From: an uncultured Clostridia bacterium
GTDB taxonomy: Bacteria > Bacillota > Clostridia > Saccharofermentanales > Saccharofermentanaceae
Reading direction: 5' to 3'
DNA length: 64,000 nucleotides
Assembly: GCA_946537885.1 (NCBI GenBank)
Contig: CAMNGC010000001.1
Span: 57,897 to 121,896 of the forward strand
Part shown: piece after piece, positions 41,520 through 51,170 of the stretch
How positions within the stretch are numbered: position 1 is the first letter of the stretch
Layout: each line of letters begins with the position of its first letter
The notes under the pieces: generated by a model
What the model was told of the DNA's origin: nothing
The model's database searches: none
Seen by the model: the letters and a program-made list of their open reading frames with translations, nothing else
Translations under genes and position numbers: made by a program

Positions 41520-42119
41520 ATGGCAAGAGATATGACACCTGTCCTTAAGAGATGCAGGGCTCTTGATATTGAGCCGGCGTTCTTGGGCATAGATAAAAAG
41601 TCCAACAGACATAAGAATGTCAGAGGCAATAAGAAGATCAGCGAGTATGGTGCTCAGCTGAAGGAAAAGCAGAAGGCTAAGTTCATCTACGGCGTACTCG
41701 AGAAGCCTTTCCGTAACTATTTCGAAAAGGCTCAGAAGCTTAAGTACGGCACTACCGGTGACAACCTTATGATTCTTCTTGAGACAAGACTTGACAATGT
41801 TGTTTTCAGACTTGGTTTTGCAAGAACAAGAGATGAGGCAAAGCAGATCGTAAGCCACAGACATGTAAATGTTAACGGCAAGACTGTAAACATTGCTTCA
41901 TATAGCGTAAAGCCCGGTGATGTTATTGAGATCAAGGAGAACGCTAAGGGTTCTGCAAGATACAAGGAGATCGTTGAATCTACAGGCGCAAGAATGATCC
42001 CTGAGTGGCTCTCTTCTGATATTGAGAAGCTCAGCGGTAAGGTTCTGGCAATGCCCAGAGCAGAGCAGATTGACGTACCTGTCAACGCAGTTGCTATCGT
42101 CGAGTTGTACAGCAAGTAA
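41520..42119 (+). CDS. rpsD: 30S ribosomal protein S4
   Basis: SEYG.QL.EKQK, LETRLDNVVFRLG, VELYSK. Confidence 0.98.
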   Translation: MARDMTPVLKRCRALDIEPAFLGIDKKSNRHKNVRGNKKISEYGAQLKEKQKAKFIYGVLEKPFRNYFEKAQKLKYGTTGDNLMILLETRLDNVVFRLGFARTRDEAKQIVSHRHVNVNGKTVNIASYSVKPGDVIEIKENAKGSARYKEIVESTGARMIPEWLSSDIEKLSGKVLAMPRAEQIDVPVNAVAIVELYSK

Positions 42120-42161
42120 TAAGACGACGAACTGAAAGCGATAAACATAGGAGGAAAAACA

Positions 42162-43115
42162 ATGAACGATATTCTGGAACCCAACATTGAATGTGCTGAG
42201 TTAAGCGAAGACGGTTCTTACGGTAAATACGTTGTATCCCCTCTCGAGCGTGGATACGGCACAACACTCGGTAATTCACTCCGTCGTGTTTTGCTTTCTT
42301 CATTGACAGGTGCTGCAGTAACTGCAATTAAGATCGACAATATCTACCACGAGTTCTCCACAGTTCCCGGAATCATTGAGGACATGACAGAGATCATCCT
42401 CAATATCAAGGGTATCCGTGTGAAGCTTCATACAGATTCTCCCAAGACAGTTTGCATCAGCATTACTGAGGGCAGAACAGGTGAGCTCAAGGCCGGTGAT
42501 ATTGTCCACGATGACGAAGTCGAGATCATGAACCCTGACCATGTTATCGCTCATCTTAACGGTGAGTCCAAGGTATACATGGAACTGACTATCAGTGCCG
42601 GTCGTGGCTACAACACAGCCGAGCAGAACAAGTACGAGGGTCAGACGATCGGTGTAATCGCTATCGATTCGATCTTCACACCTATCAAGAAGGCGAATTA
42701 CATTATTGAGAACACCCGTGTAGGCGAGCGTACAGACTACGACAGCCTTACACTTGAGGTATGGACAGACGGCACTATTGCCGTTGATGAAGCTCTGTCC
42801 GCAGCTTCCGATATTCTTATCAAGCACCTCAATATCTTCAAAGGACTCAAGGAGACAGACAATGCTCTGAACTTCAAGAGTGTGGAGACAAAGAGCGAGA
42901 AGAATTCCGAGCTCGGCAAGGTAATCGAAGACCTCGATTTCTCAGTCCGCACATACAACTGCCTTAAGAGAGCAGCGATCAACACAGTTGGTGACCTCAT
43001 TTCCCGTTCCGAGGATGAGATGATCAAGGTAAGAAATCTCGGCAAGAAGTCTCTTGACGAGGTAATCGCTAAGCTTGACGGCATGGGTCTGCATCTTGCA
43101 GATAAAGAAGATTAA
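42162..43115 (+). CDS. rpoA: RNA polymerase alpha subunit
   Basis: PLERGYGTTLGNSLRR, SVRTYNCLKRA, NLGKKSL. Confidence 0.98.
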   Translation: MNDILEPNIECAELSEDGSYGKYVVSPLERGYGTTLGNSLRRVLLSSLTGAAVTAIKIDNIYHEFSTVPGIIEDMTEIILNIKGIRVKLHTDSPKTVCISITEGRTGELKAGDIVHDDEVEIMNPDHVIAHLNGESKVYMELTISAGRGYNTAEQNKYEGQTIGVIAIDSIFTPIKKANYIIENTRVGERTDYDSLTLEVWTDGTIAVDEALSAASDILIKHLNIFKGLKETDNALNFKSVETKSEKNSELGKVIEDLDFSVRTYNCLKRAAINTVGDLISRSEDEMIKVRNLGKKSLDEVIAKLDGMGLHLADKED

Positions 43116-43133
43116 TATCAGGAGGAAATAAAG

Positions 43134-43658
43134 ATGCCAGTTAACAGAAAACTCGGCCGTGCAGCAGATCAGCGTACAGCTATTCTGAGAAATATGACAA
43201 CGGCATTTGTTATCAACGGCAAGGTAGAGACAACTACTGCTCGCGCTAAGGAAATCAGCGCTATTGTCGAGAAGCTTATCAGCGACGCTGTTAAGGAGAA
43301 GGATAACTACACAACTAAGGAAGTAAATGTTTCTGCCGCCAAGATCGACGGCAAGGGCAAGAAGGTCCTTACAACAAAGACATCTAAGAATGGCAACAAG
43401 TATGAGGTTGTTGAGCGTGAGGTTAAGACAAAGACTGTTACAGTTGATGCTCCTTCCAGACTCGCAGCAAGAAGACGTGCAGCATACTGGTTGCTCAAGA
43501 GCCACGATTCCGAGGGCAACGTAATCAATCCCGTAAACAAGCTTTACGATGAGATCGCTGCAAGATATGAGGGAAGAACAGGCGGCTACACAAGAGTCAT
43601 CAAGATCGGCACCAGAAGAGGTGACGGTTCCGAGATGGCTATTCTGGAGTTCGTTTGA
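43134..43658 (+). CDS. rplQ: 50S ribosomal protein L17 (large internal insertion)
   Basis: RKLGR...QR, ETT.ARAKE, GGYTRVIK, RRGD. Confidence 0.97.
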   Translation: MPVNRKLGRAADQRTAILRNMTTAFVINGKVETTTARAKEISAIVEKLISDAVKEKDNYTTKEVNVSAAKIDGKGKKVLTTKTSKNGNKYEVVEREVKTKTVTVDAPSRLAARRRAAYWLLKSHDSEGNVINPVNKLYDEIAARYEGRTGGYTRVIKIGTRRGDGSEMAILEFV

Positions 43659-43691
43659 TCCCATAAGGAATCTTAAGATCAATCAATACGG

Positions 43692-43717
43692 CCCCGCGGT
43701 TACGCCGCGGGGTTTTT
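43692..43717 (+). terminator. Alpha operon terminator
   Basis: CCCCGCGG-TTACG-CCGCGGGG-TTTTT. Confidence 0.88.
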
Positions 43718-43849
43718 GTTTTGGGGGGCTTCACGGAATCTGTCTTATATATGCCTGACTCAAATAGGCTTGGAATTACAAGTAAGATGTTGGATTGGGC
43801 CAGACCTTCAACTGAGGAGATTTTCGAGCAGGCGCCACATCTATTCTCC

Positions 43850-43878
43850 TTGACAAAGTATTAAATATTATTTACTAT
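43850..43878 (+). promoter_or_regulatory. Sigma-A promoter
   Basis: TTGACA-N17-TACTAT upstream of the gene at 43914. Confidence 0.7.
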
Positions 43879-43913
43879 ATTCGCGGATTAAGGAATAAGA
43901 GGAGGATATTACT

Positions 43914-44435
43914 ATGAGACGTTTTTCATCTCAGGTTATCTATCAGATCGGCTTCGCGGCGAGCTGCCTTTTGTGCACGATCTTCAGTTTTATGACGGTC
44001 TATAAGCTTAACTGTGAGTACACAAACGGTACAAGCAGTGTCATCAGTGCCCATATGGCTGACTATGGCAGAGTGTATAATGCGCTGGTCATTCTGGCGC
44101 TTCTTGCCGGCGTCGTATCGATCTTTATTTATTTCAACAAAGCGGTCGTGGTGGCCTGCGGCATCCTGCTTTGCGGTGTAGGAATAAAGTTCATGACTTA
44201 CGCCGATTCACTAAAGGGGCAGATCTATTTGGTCACGGGAAGTACTGACGCTGTCGTTAATATGTTAGGTGATGTGTTGGATGCGTTGAGCGGACAGCCC
44301 ATGGTCATACAGGATAAGTTGGCCGGTGAGTTTACAGCATGGTTTTTCGCTTATATGATATCTGCTGTAGCATCTCTCTTCTTCGGCATCATGTGTGCCG
44401 TCTTCATCAAGGCTGACAGGTATTCATCCTATTAA
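43914..44435 (+). CDS. Hypothetical membrane protein (about 4 TM)
   Basis: GAGGAGG SD, promoter upstream, hydrophobic segments; no recognised motif. Confidence 0.7.
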   Translation: MRRFSSQVIYQIGFAASCLLCTIFSFMTVYKLNCEYTNGTSSVISAHMADYGRVYNALVILALLAGVVSIFIYFNKAVVVACGILLCGVGIKFMTYADSLKGQIYLVTGSTDAVVNMLGDVLDALSGQPMVIQDKLAGEFTAWFFAYMISAVASLFFGIMCAVFIKADRYSSY

Positions 44436-44502
44436 GCTGATTGTAAAGAGATCTCAGGCGGGTTCTTTACATTGTGCAATATTCTTTTTATAATCGTCTG
44501 AT

Positions 44503-46311
44503 ATGGACAATGTGGTTATTGCGCAGAAAGCTGAATTCTCATACACAAGCGTTATGGCTGACGGCCTTAAGGTCGCCCGTAAGGCTATCGATGGTCTGTC
44601 CCTGGAGATCAGGAAAGGATCATATACTGCTATACTCGGGCCGAATGGTTCAGGAAAATCGACACTGGCTAAGTTGATCAATGTACTGGAGATTCCCGAG
44701 GCCGGAAGTGTGACTGTTTTCGGGGTTGATACGAGAGATGAGGATGAATTCTGGGAGATCCGGGAGAATTGTGCCTGTGTATTTCAGAACCCGGACAATC
44801 AGATCGTCGGAACGATAGTCGAGGAAGATGTTGCTTTCGGACCGGAGAATCTGGGTATACCTAACCCCGAGTTGCGTAACAGAGTCGATAACGCCCTGAA
44901 GGATGTTGGTATCTTTGAACTGGCCAAACGTCAGGCGGCATCTCTCTCGGGCGGCCAGAAGCAGAAGCTTGCTATCGCAGGCGCCCTTGCCATGCAGCCG
45001 TCCATCCTCATATTGGATGAATCAACCGCCATGCTCGATCCTAACAGCCGCGACGAATTCCTGGATGTAGTCGATAAGATGCGCAGGACTAAAGACCTGA
45101 CGGTTATAACCATCACACATGACATGAGTGAGGCGGCGCGTTGCGATGACATATTTGTTATCGAAAATGGTAAGGTTAGCATGCACGGCAGCCCTTCTGA
45201 GATCTTCTCTGACGATTATAGGATCACGGCCGCAGGCCTTGAGCTCCCCACGCATATAAAGCTCACCAGCGAGATTGCCAAGAGCGTCGGTGTCAGGCTT
45301 AAGCCTGAGCAGCTGGAGAGTGAAGACAGCTGTGTAAAAGCCATATGTGATCTGATAAGCAAGGCGCATGTTACCTCGGCAGCTGCTCCCAGACAGGAAA
45401 CGCCACGCCAAAGAGGCCGTAAGATACTTTCGGTAGAGGGACTGGATTATTCCTACGATGACGGTAAGACAAAAGCCCTTGATAGTATTAACCTTGACAT
45501 ATATGAAGGCGAAGTCCTGGCTATAGTCGGCAAGAGCGGTTGCGGTAAGACCACACTTATTTCACATCTTAATGCCATCTTCAGGCCTCAGAAAGGCGAT
45601 GTAAAGCTCTTCTTGGAGGATCGTACTCTGTCAGCCTCCGATAAAAAGGATGTCAAGGCCATGAGGGAGAATGTGGGGCTCGTATTCCAGTATCCCGAAT
45701 ATCAGCTTTTCGAGGAGACGGTTTTTAAAGATATAGCGTATGGTCTTCGTAAGATGGGGCTGTCCGAGAGTGAACAAAGGACCAGGGTCCATGAAGCGGC
45801 AAAAGCGGTGGGTTTGACAGAAACGCATCTGGTCAAGAGCCCTTTTGACATGTCAGGCGGGCAGAAACGGCGCGCTGCCATGGCGGGCGTTCTGGCTATG
45901 CGTCCTAAGATATTGGTATTGGACGAACCGGCAGCAGGACTTGATCCGCGCGGTCGTAAGAATATGTTTGGGATCATCGAGAATTTGAGACGGGAAGGCA
46001 CGACTGTCGTGCTGGTATCACACAATATGGACGAAGCTGCGGCTTATGCTGACAGGATCTGTTGCATCGGCGGCGGCAAGGTTCTGGCTGTGGACACGCC
46101 CGAGAAGCTTTTCGCTGATGAAGATAAGCTCAAAGAGATGCAGATCGCGTGTCCGAAGCTCTTCGCGTTCTCAAATAGGGTTAAATGCGCTTTACGAGGA
46201 TTGATCCCCGGAGTGGAGTTCGAGTCCCCTCGAAAAAGTGCTGAGGATGAGGCGGAGTCTATTCTGAGAGCCTGCGCGGCAGCTGTCGGAGGAGGGACGG
46301 GAAATGCTTAA
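44503..46311 (+). CDS. ECF transporter ATPase with fused A-A' domains
   Basis: Two ABC cassettes: GPNGSGKS/FQNPDNQ and GKSGCGKT/FQYPEYQLFEE. Confidence 0.92.
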   Translation: MDNVVIAQKAEFSYTSVMADGLKVARKAIDGLSLEIRKGSYTAILGPNGSGKSTLAKLINVLEIPEAGSVTVFGVDTRDEDEFWEIRENCACVFQNPDNQIVGTIVEEDVAFGPENLGIPNPELRNRVDNALKDVGIFELAKRQAASLSGGQKQKLAIAGALAMQPSILILDESTAMLDPNSRDEFLDVVDKMRRTKDLTVITITHDMSEAARCDDIFVIENGKVSMHGSPSEIFSDDYRITAAGLELPTHIKLTSEIAKSVGVRLKPEQLESEDSCVKAICDLISKAHVTSAAAPRQETPRQRGRKILSVEGLDYSYDDGKTKALDSINLDIYEGEVLAIVGKSGCGKTTLISHLNAIFRPQKGDVKLFLEDRTLSASDKKDVKAMRENVGLVFQYPEYQLFEETVFKDIAYGLRKMGLSESEQRTRVHEAAKAVGLTETHLVKSPFDMSGGQKRRAAMAGVLAMRPKILVLDEPAAGLDPRGRKNMFGIIENLRREGTTVVLVSHNMDEAAAYADRICCIGGGKVLAVDTPEKLFADEDKLKEMQIACPKLFAFSNRVKCALRGLIPGVEFESPRKSAEDEAESILRACAAAVGGGTGNA

Positions 46312-47113
46312 AGATATCAGTCTGGGCAAATTCGTCGACACCGGTTCAGCCCTCCACAGGATCGATCCCCGCGTCAAAGTCATAATGTACGCCGTCTACC
46401 TGGTGGCCATCTTCATGATCAGTTCACCTGCCGCCCTTGCTCTTATGGGCATTGTGATAATCTTGCAACTCCTTGTGGCGAAGATGCCGCCCAAGGTCGT
46501 GAAGAGCACCGTGACGCCTATCATCCCGCTGACGATCTTCATATTTATCCTCAATATCCTGACCATCAAGACCGGCGATGTCCTCTGGCATAAAGGTTTT
46601 ATTCGCATAACCGACCATGGCCTTAACAAGGCGATAATAATGTCAGTAAGACTGATCTACCTGATCTTGTCGACGAGCGTTATGCTGACGCTGACCACTA
46701 CACCGCTTAAGATCGCTGATGCTCTCGAAAAGCTTTTCGCTCCCTTAAAGATTTTCAAAGTCCCCGTCCATGAGATGGCAATGATGATGTCCATAGCTTT
46801 AAGATTCATCCCTACCCTCATAGAGGAGACTGACAAGATCATGAAAGCTCAGATTGCGAGAGGCGCAGATTATGACACAGGCAGTTTTTTGAATCGTGTA
46901 AAAGGCTATGTCTCCGTTCTTGTTCCCCTCTTTGTATCAAGCTTTAAGCGGGCAGATGAACTGGCTGTTGCCATGGATGCGCGCTGCTATAGGGGCGGTG
47001 AAGGCAGGACCAAGCTCAACCCGCTTCATATTGTGAGATTTGATATCTTAGCAGCTACACTCCTTGTTGTAGGCGCTGTAGTACCGGTAGTGCTGGATCA
47101 GGTAATAAGATAA
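46304..47113 (+). CDS. ecfT: ECF transporter transmembrane component T
   Basis: DPRVK, IALRFIPTL, AQIARG and AMDARCY motifs. Confidence 0.93.
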   Translation: MLKDISLGKFVDTGSALHRIDPRVKVIMYAVYLVAIFMISSPAALALMGIVIILQLLVAKMPPKVVKSTVTPIIPLTIFIFILNILTIKTGDVLWHKGFIRITDHGLNKAIIMSVRLIYLILSTSVMLTLTTTPLKIADALEKLFAPLKIFKVPVHEMAMMMSIALRFIPTLIEETDKIMKAQIARGADYDTGSFLNRVKGYVSVLVPLFVSSFKRADELAVAMDARCYRGGEGRTKLNPLHIVRFDILAATLLVVGAVVPVVLDQVIR

Positions 47114-47199
47114 GCTGAATAAGTTCATAGATATAAAGCATATCATGTGTTAAAATAAGATTCGTTTACTTTAACAAATAAGGAAGGCAGGTCATTATC

Positions 47200-48192
47200 A
47201 TGGCATATTATGTGGGAATAGATCTCGGCGGCACCAATATCAAGGCCGGAATCGTAACCGATGAAGGCGTGATGCTCAACAAGGACAGCATCAAGACGGA
47301 GGCTGACACTCGCTCTAACGAGGAGATCATTCACGAGATGGGCAAACTTGCGCTTAAGGTGATCGAGGATGCTAACCTCAAGATATCTGATATCGAGGCT
47401 ATCGGTATCGGTTCCCCTGGAACACCTGATAATGTTGCAGGTATGCTCGTTTATTCCAACAATCTCCATTTCGAGATGACTCCCATGAGAAAGCTCATCA
47501 GAGATATAGTTGACCTTCCGGTATTTATTGATAATGATGCTAACTGCGCTGCGATGGCCGAGGCAGTTGCAGGCGCAGCCAAGGGAACAAAAGATTCTGT
47601 TACTATTACACTTGGAACCGGTGTCGGTGCCGGCGTTATCATCGGGGGCAGGATCTATTCCGGCTTTAATCAGGCAGGCTCCGAGTTCGGTCATCATGTA
47701 ATCGTATCCGGCGGTGTTCAGTGCTCTTGCGGACGTAAGGGCTGCTTCGAGGCTTACGGTTCTGCCAGCGCTCTCGTGAGGATCACAAAGGAAGTTGCTG
47801 AGAAGAATCCTTCATCCAGACTTGCTGCCATTATTGAAGAAGACGGCAAGGTAAACGGTAAGACAGCGTTCAAAGCCATGCGTGAAGGTGATGCGGCCGG
47901 CGCGGAGGTTGTTACGATCTACACAGACTATCTCGCCGACGGTCTTGCAAATGCTATCAATACTTTCATGCCTGAGGTTGTTGTTGTCGGCGGCGGTGTA
48001 TGTAATGAGGGCGATCCTCTTCTTATACCCTTGCGCGAGAAGACAATGTCTAAGCCCTATTTTGGTCCGGGAGTTAAGAAGACAAGGATCGAGCTGGCAC
48101 AGATGGGTAATGATGCCGGTATTATAGGTGCTGCCATGATGGGTAAGTCCTGCGTTGACGATAAGCTTGACGGAATCAACAGCGCTTCCTGA
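47200..48192 (+). CDS. ROK family sugar kinase (glucokinase-like)
   Basis: DLGGT, NDAN, LGTGVG, EFGH, CSCGRKGCFE. Confidence 0.9.
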   Translation: MAYYVGIDLGGTNIKAGIVTDEGVMLNKDSIKTEADTRSNEEIIHEMGKLALKVIEDANLKISDIEAIGIGSPGTPDNVAGMLVYSNNLHFEMTPMRKLIRDIVDLPVFIDNDANCAAMAEAVAGAAKGTKDSVTITLGTGVGAGVIIGGRIYSGFNQAGSEFGHHVIVSGGVQCSCGRKGCFEAYGSASALVRITKEVAEKNPSSRLAAIIEEDGKVNGKTAFKAMREGDAAGAEVVTIYTDYLADGLANAINTFMPEVVVVGGGVCNEGDPLLIPLREKTMSKPYFGPGVKKTRIELAQMGNDAGIIGAAMMGKSCVDDKLDGINSAS

Positions 48193-48210
48193 TAAGAGAA
48201 GGCGAGCTTC

Positions 48211-48966
48211 ATGCCAAGGATCGCGCTTACATGCGAATATGACGGCAGTGCTTTTGTCGGATACCAGATTCAGGATAACGGAAGGTCTGTTCAGCAGGTC
48301 TTGACCGAGGCATTAGAGAAGCTCTACAAAGAAGAGATCAAGATAACGGGATGTTCCCGAACGGATGCCGGTGTGCATGCACGCGGCCATGTCAGTTCGG
48401 CGGACGTCCCGTTTTATATACCGGTCGAAAAGCTGCCCCTGGCTATAAACGCCCTGCTTCCTCAGGATCTGGCAGTAAAGAAAGCTGTCTATGTTAACGG
48501 TGATTTCAACGCACGATTTAACAGTCTGGGGAAAAGATATGTTTACAGGATCTATGCCGCTCCAATAAGAAGTCCTCTCCACGCATCTTATGCATATTAT
48601 TCATCCTATGAGCCGGATGTAGATAAGATGGCACAGGCAGCGAAGCTTTTCGAGGGGGAACATGACTTTGCAGCTTTTTGTGCTGCAGGCGGCTCACAGC
48701 ATACGACCGTGCGAAGACTTAACAGTGTCAATGTCGAGCGTAAAGACAATACAATTGAGATAGAAGTTCAGGGCGAGGCTTTCCTTTACAATATGGTAAG
48801 GATAATAGCAGGAACTCTGTTCTATGTGGGAATCGGCAAGATCAAGGTTGATGAGATCGCGGATATCATAGAGAGCAGGGAGCGTAAAAGAGCCGGCAAG
48901 ACCTTGCCGCCTGAAGGGCTGACTCTCGAAGAAGTATACTATGACTGGGATAGATACATCGTCTGA
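48211..48966 (+). CDS. truA: tRNA pseudouridine(38-40) synthase
   Basis: YDG, SRTDAGVHA, HDF, FLYNMVR. Confidence 0.96.
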   Translation: MPRIALTCEYDGSAFVGYQIQDNGRSVQQVLTEALEKLYKEEIKITGCSRTDAGVHARGHVSSADVPFYIPVEKLPLAINALLPQDLAVKKAVYVNGDFNARFNSLGKRYVYRIYAAPIRSPLHASYAYYSSYEPDVDKMAQAAKLFEGEHDFAAFCAAGGSQHTTVRRLNSVNVERKDNTIEIEVQGEAFLYNMVRIIAGTLFYVGIGKIKVDEIADIIESRERKRAGKTLPPEGLTLEEVYYDWDRYIV

Positions 48967-49112
48967 AGCCCCTAAGTATAAAGACTTTATAAAGAAATAA
49001 TAAAATCGGATATAAGTTGATAGACGATATATTGAATTGGGAAATATCAAAAGTATATAATTTTTACAGAACGAAAAATCGTTTCATAAACTGGCTAAAG
49101 GAGGGAATAGTA

Positions 49113-49556
49113 ATGGATATGTGGATCATATGGCTTATCTTGATGACATGCGCCATCGTAGTTGAAGCCGCCACACTCGGATTGACTACCGTATGGCTTG
49201 CGGTCGGATGTCTGGCTGCTGCTGTTCTTGATCTGCTGGGTAAATCTGTTGCGACACAGATAACGGTAATGATGATAACGACAGTTGTGACTTTTGTTAT
49301 CTGTATCATTTGGATTAAACCCCGTTTCGATAATATGGCCAAACAGCGGAAGGAAGCTACCAATGCTGATAGGCTTATCGGTCAGGAAGGTGTAGTAATT
49401 AAGGATATCGATCCGATCGAGGGCAAAGGACAGGTCAAGGTCGGCGGTCAGGTATGGAGCGCCAAGTCACCGATACCGATCGTCGAAGGCACCAAAGTTC
49501 GCATCAGGGCGCTTGAAGGCGTAAAAGTCAAAGTAGAAGTTATAGATAACAAGTAA
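49113..49556 (+). CDS. NfeD family membrane protein
   Basis: N-terminal TM segments plus OB fold (LIGQEG, GQVK..G..WSA); adjacent to SPFH gene; SD AAGGAGG before ATG 49113. Confidence 0.88.
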   Translation: MDMWIIWLILMTCAIVVEAATLGLTTVWLAVGCLAAAVLDLLGKSVATQITVMMITTVVTFVICIIWIKPRFDNMAKQRKEATNADRLIGQEGVVIKDIDPIEGKGQVKVGGQVWSAKSPIPIVEGTKVRIRALEGVKVKVEVIDNK

Positions 49557-49579
49557 TTTTATTTAAGGAGGACATAACA

Positions 49580-50473
49580 ATGGGTGGAGGAGGATTAGCA
49601 GCGATCATTATCGGCGTAATTCTTTTGCTGGTAGCGATCTCATGCATCAAGGTAGTACCTCAGGCAACAACAGTAATCGTGGAGCGTTTCGGCGCGTACC
49701 AGGCCACATGGGAAACAGGCGTTCACATGAAGTTCCCGGTAATCGATAAGGTTGCCAAGAGGATCTCACTCAAAGAGAAGGTAGCGGACTTTGCACCACA
49801 GGCTGTTATCACAAAGGATAACGTTACTATGCAGATCGATACGGTTCTGTTCTATCAGATTGTTGATCCCAAGCTTTATGCATACGGCATTGAGCGCCCG
49901 ATCATCGCTATTGAGAATCTCTCTGCAACAACACTGCGTAACATCATTGGTGACCTCGAGCTCGACCAGACTCTCACAAGCCGTGACATCATCAACACAC
50001 GTATGAGAGAGATCCTCGACGAAGCAACAGATCCTTGGGGCATCAAGGTAAATCGTGTGGAGCTTAAGAACATCATCCCGCCTCGTGAGATTCAGGCAGC
50101 GATGGAGAAGCAGATGAAGGCTGAGCGTGAGAAGAGAGAAGCGATCCTCATCGCAGAAGGTCAGAAGGAATCCGCTATCCGTGTTGCAGAAGGTGAGAAG
50201 GAGTCGGCTATCCTCAGAGCTGAGGCTAAGAAGGAAGCAGCGATCCGTGAGGCAGAAGGTCAGGCTGAGGCTATCCTGAAGGTTCAGGAAGCTACGGCTA
50301 AGGGTCTTCAGATGATCAAGGATGTCGGAGCTGATCAGGGACTCATCGCCATCAAGGGACTTGAGGCATTCGAGAAGGCCGCTGACGGCAAAGCTACAAA
50401 GATCATTATTCCTTCGGAGATCCAGGGGCTTGCCGGCCTGGCTACATCCGTGAAGGAGATCGTAAAAGAATAA
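49580..50473 (+). CDS. SPFH/band 7 (stomatin-like) protein
   Basis: VERFG, ITKDNV, AMEKQMKAEREKR. Confidence 0.93.
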   Translation: MGGGGLAAIIIGVILLLVAISCIKVVPQATTVIVERFGAYQATWETGVHMKFPVIDKVAKRISLKEKVADFAPQAVITKDNVTMQIDTVLFYQIVDPKLYAYGIERPIIAIENLSATTLRNIIGDLELDQTLTSRDIINTRMREILDEATDPWGIKVNRVELKNIIPPREIQAAMEKQMKAEREKREAILIAEGQKESAIRVAEGEKESAILRAEAKKEAAIREAEGQAEAILKVQEATAKGLQMIKDVGADQGLIAIKGLEAFEKAADGKATKIIIPSEIQGLAGLATSVKEIVKE

Positions 50474-50504
50474 ATAATATTCGGATGGGTATAAGATAGG
50501 GGAT

Positions 50505-50540
50505 ACTCCGGCCAGATCGAGAAGATCGACCGGAGTTTTT
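50505..50540 (+). terminator. Terminator after the SPFH gene
   Basis: ACTCCGG...CCGGAGT stem followed by T tract. Confidence 0.7.
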
Positions 50541-50573
50541 CTTATAGGAGGATAAAGTTGTTAGTATTTCTTT

Positions 50574-51034
50574 GGTTCTTCGCGGAAAGCTTGGGATTTC
50601 TCATCTATAGGAGATTGCTGATCGAAAAAGTTCTTCTCCGGCATCGGGTAATGCTATTTTTTGCAATCTCGAAAATAGCATTACAAAATAGCGGCAAGAG
50701 TAATGCCAAAAAGCCCTTTGGCTTGATTTGGCATTACAGGATCACGAGATTGGTAATGCTGATCTACGGAAATTGAGAAATAGCATTATCAAATTGATAA
50801 AAAATGTAATGCTAATCAGCAACTATGCCTTAAATAGCATTATTGGCCGACTGAAAATGTAATGCTAATCAGCAGGTTTGGCATAAATAGCATTATCAGG
50901 CAAGCAATAATGTAATGCAAAAAATGAGGAATGCCAACAAAAGCATTACCGAGGAAGCATAGGATTCATTGTGCGGGAATGATATAGAGCGTCAGGCATC
51001 GAGCACCTTCCTCCCAAGTTTTCCGCGAAGAACC
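50574..51034. mobile_element. MITE-like element with palindromic array cargo (copy 2)
   Basis: 23 bp terminal inverted repeat GGTTCTTCGCGGAAAGCTTGGGA (50574-50596) / TCCCAAGTTTTCCGCGAAGAACC (51012-51034), 1 mismatch; T-rich flanks; left end homologous to 1366-1443. Confidence 0.8.
50648..50949. repeat. Array of 6 palindromic units with variable spacers, 52-53 bp period
   Basis: GTAATGC-N23/24-GCATTAY-N15/16; units start at 50648, 50700, 50753, 50806, 50859 and 50912. Confidence 0.93.
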
Positions 51035-51061
51035 TTTTTTATTACCAAAGTGAAAAACATT

Positions 51062-51082
51062 TAATAGTAACTATCACAAGAA
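51062..51082. promoter_or_regulatory. Candidate NrtR-type operator upstream of pncB
   Basis: TAATAGTAACTATCACAAGAA fits a GTnAnnnTnAC core; extended -10 TGGTATAAT at 51123-51131. Confidence 0.3.
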
Positions 51083-51170
51083 GGATGGAAGCGATGTTTT
51101 ATAAGTTAAGATATATCAATCGTGGTATAATCATAGCCATAGCGACTAATCACAGACAGGAGACACGGCT

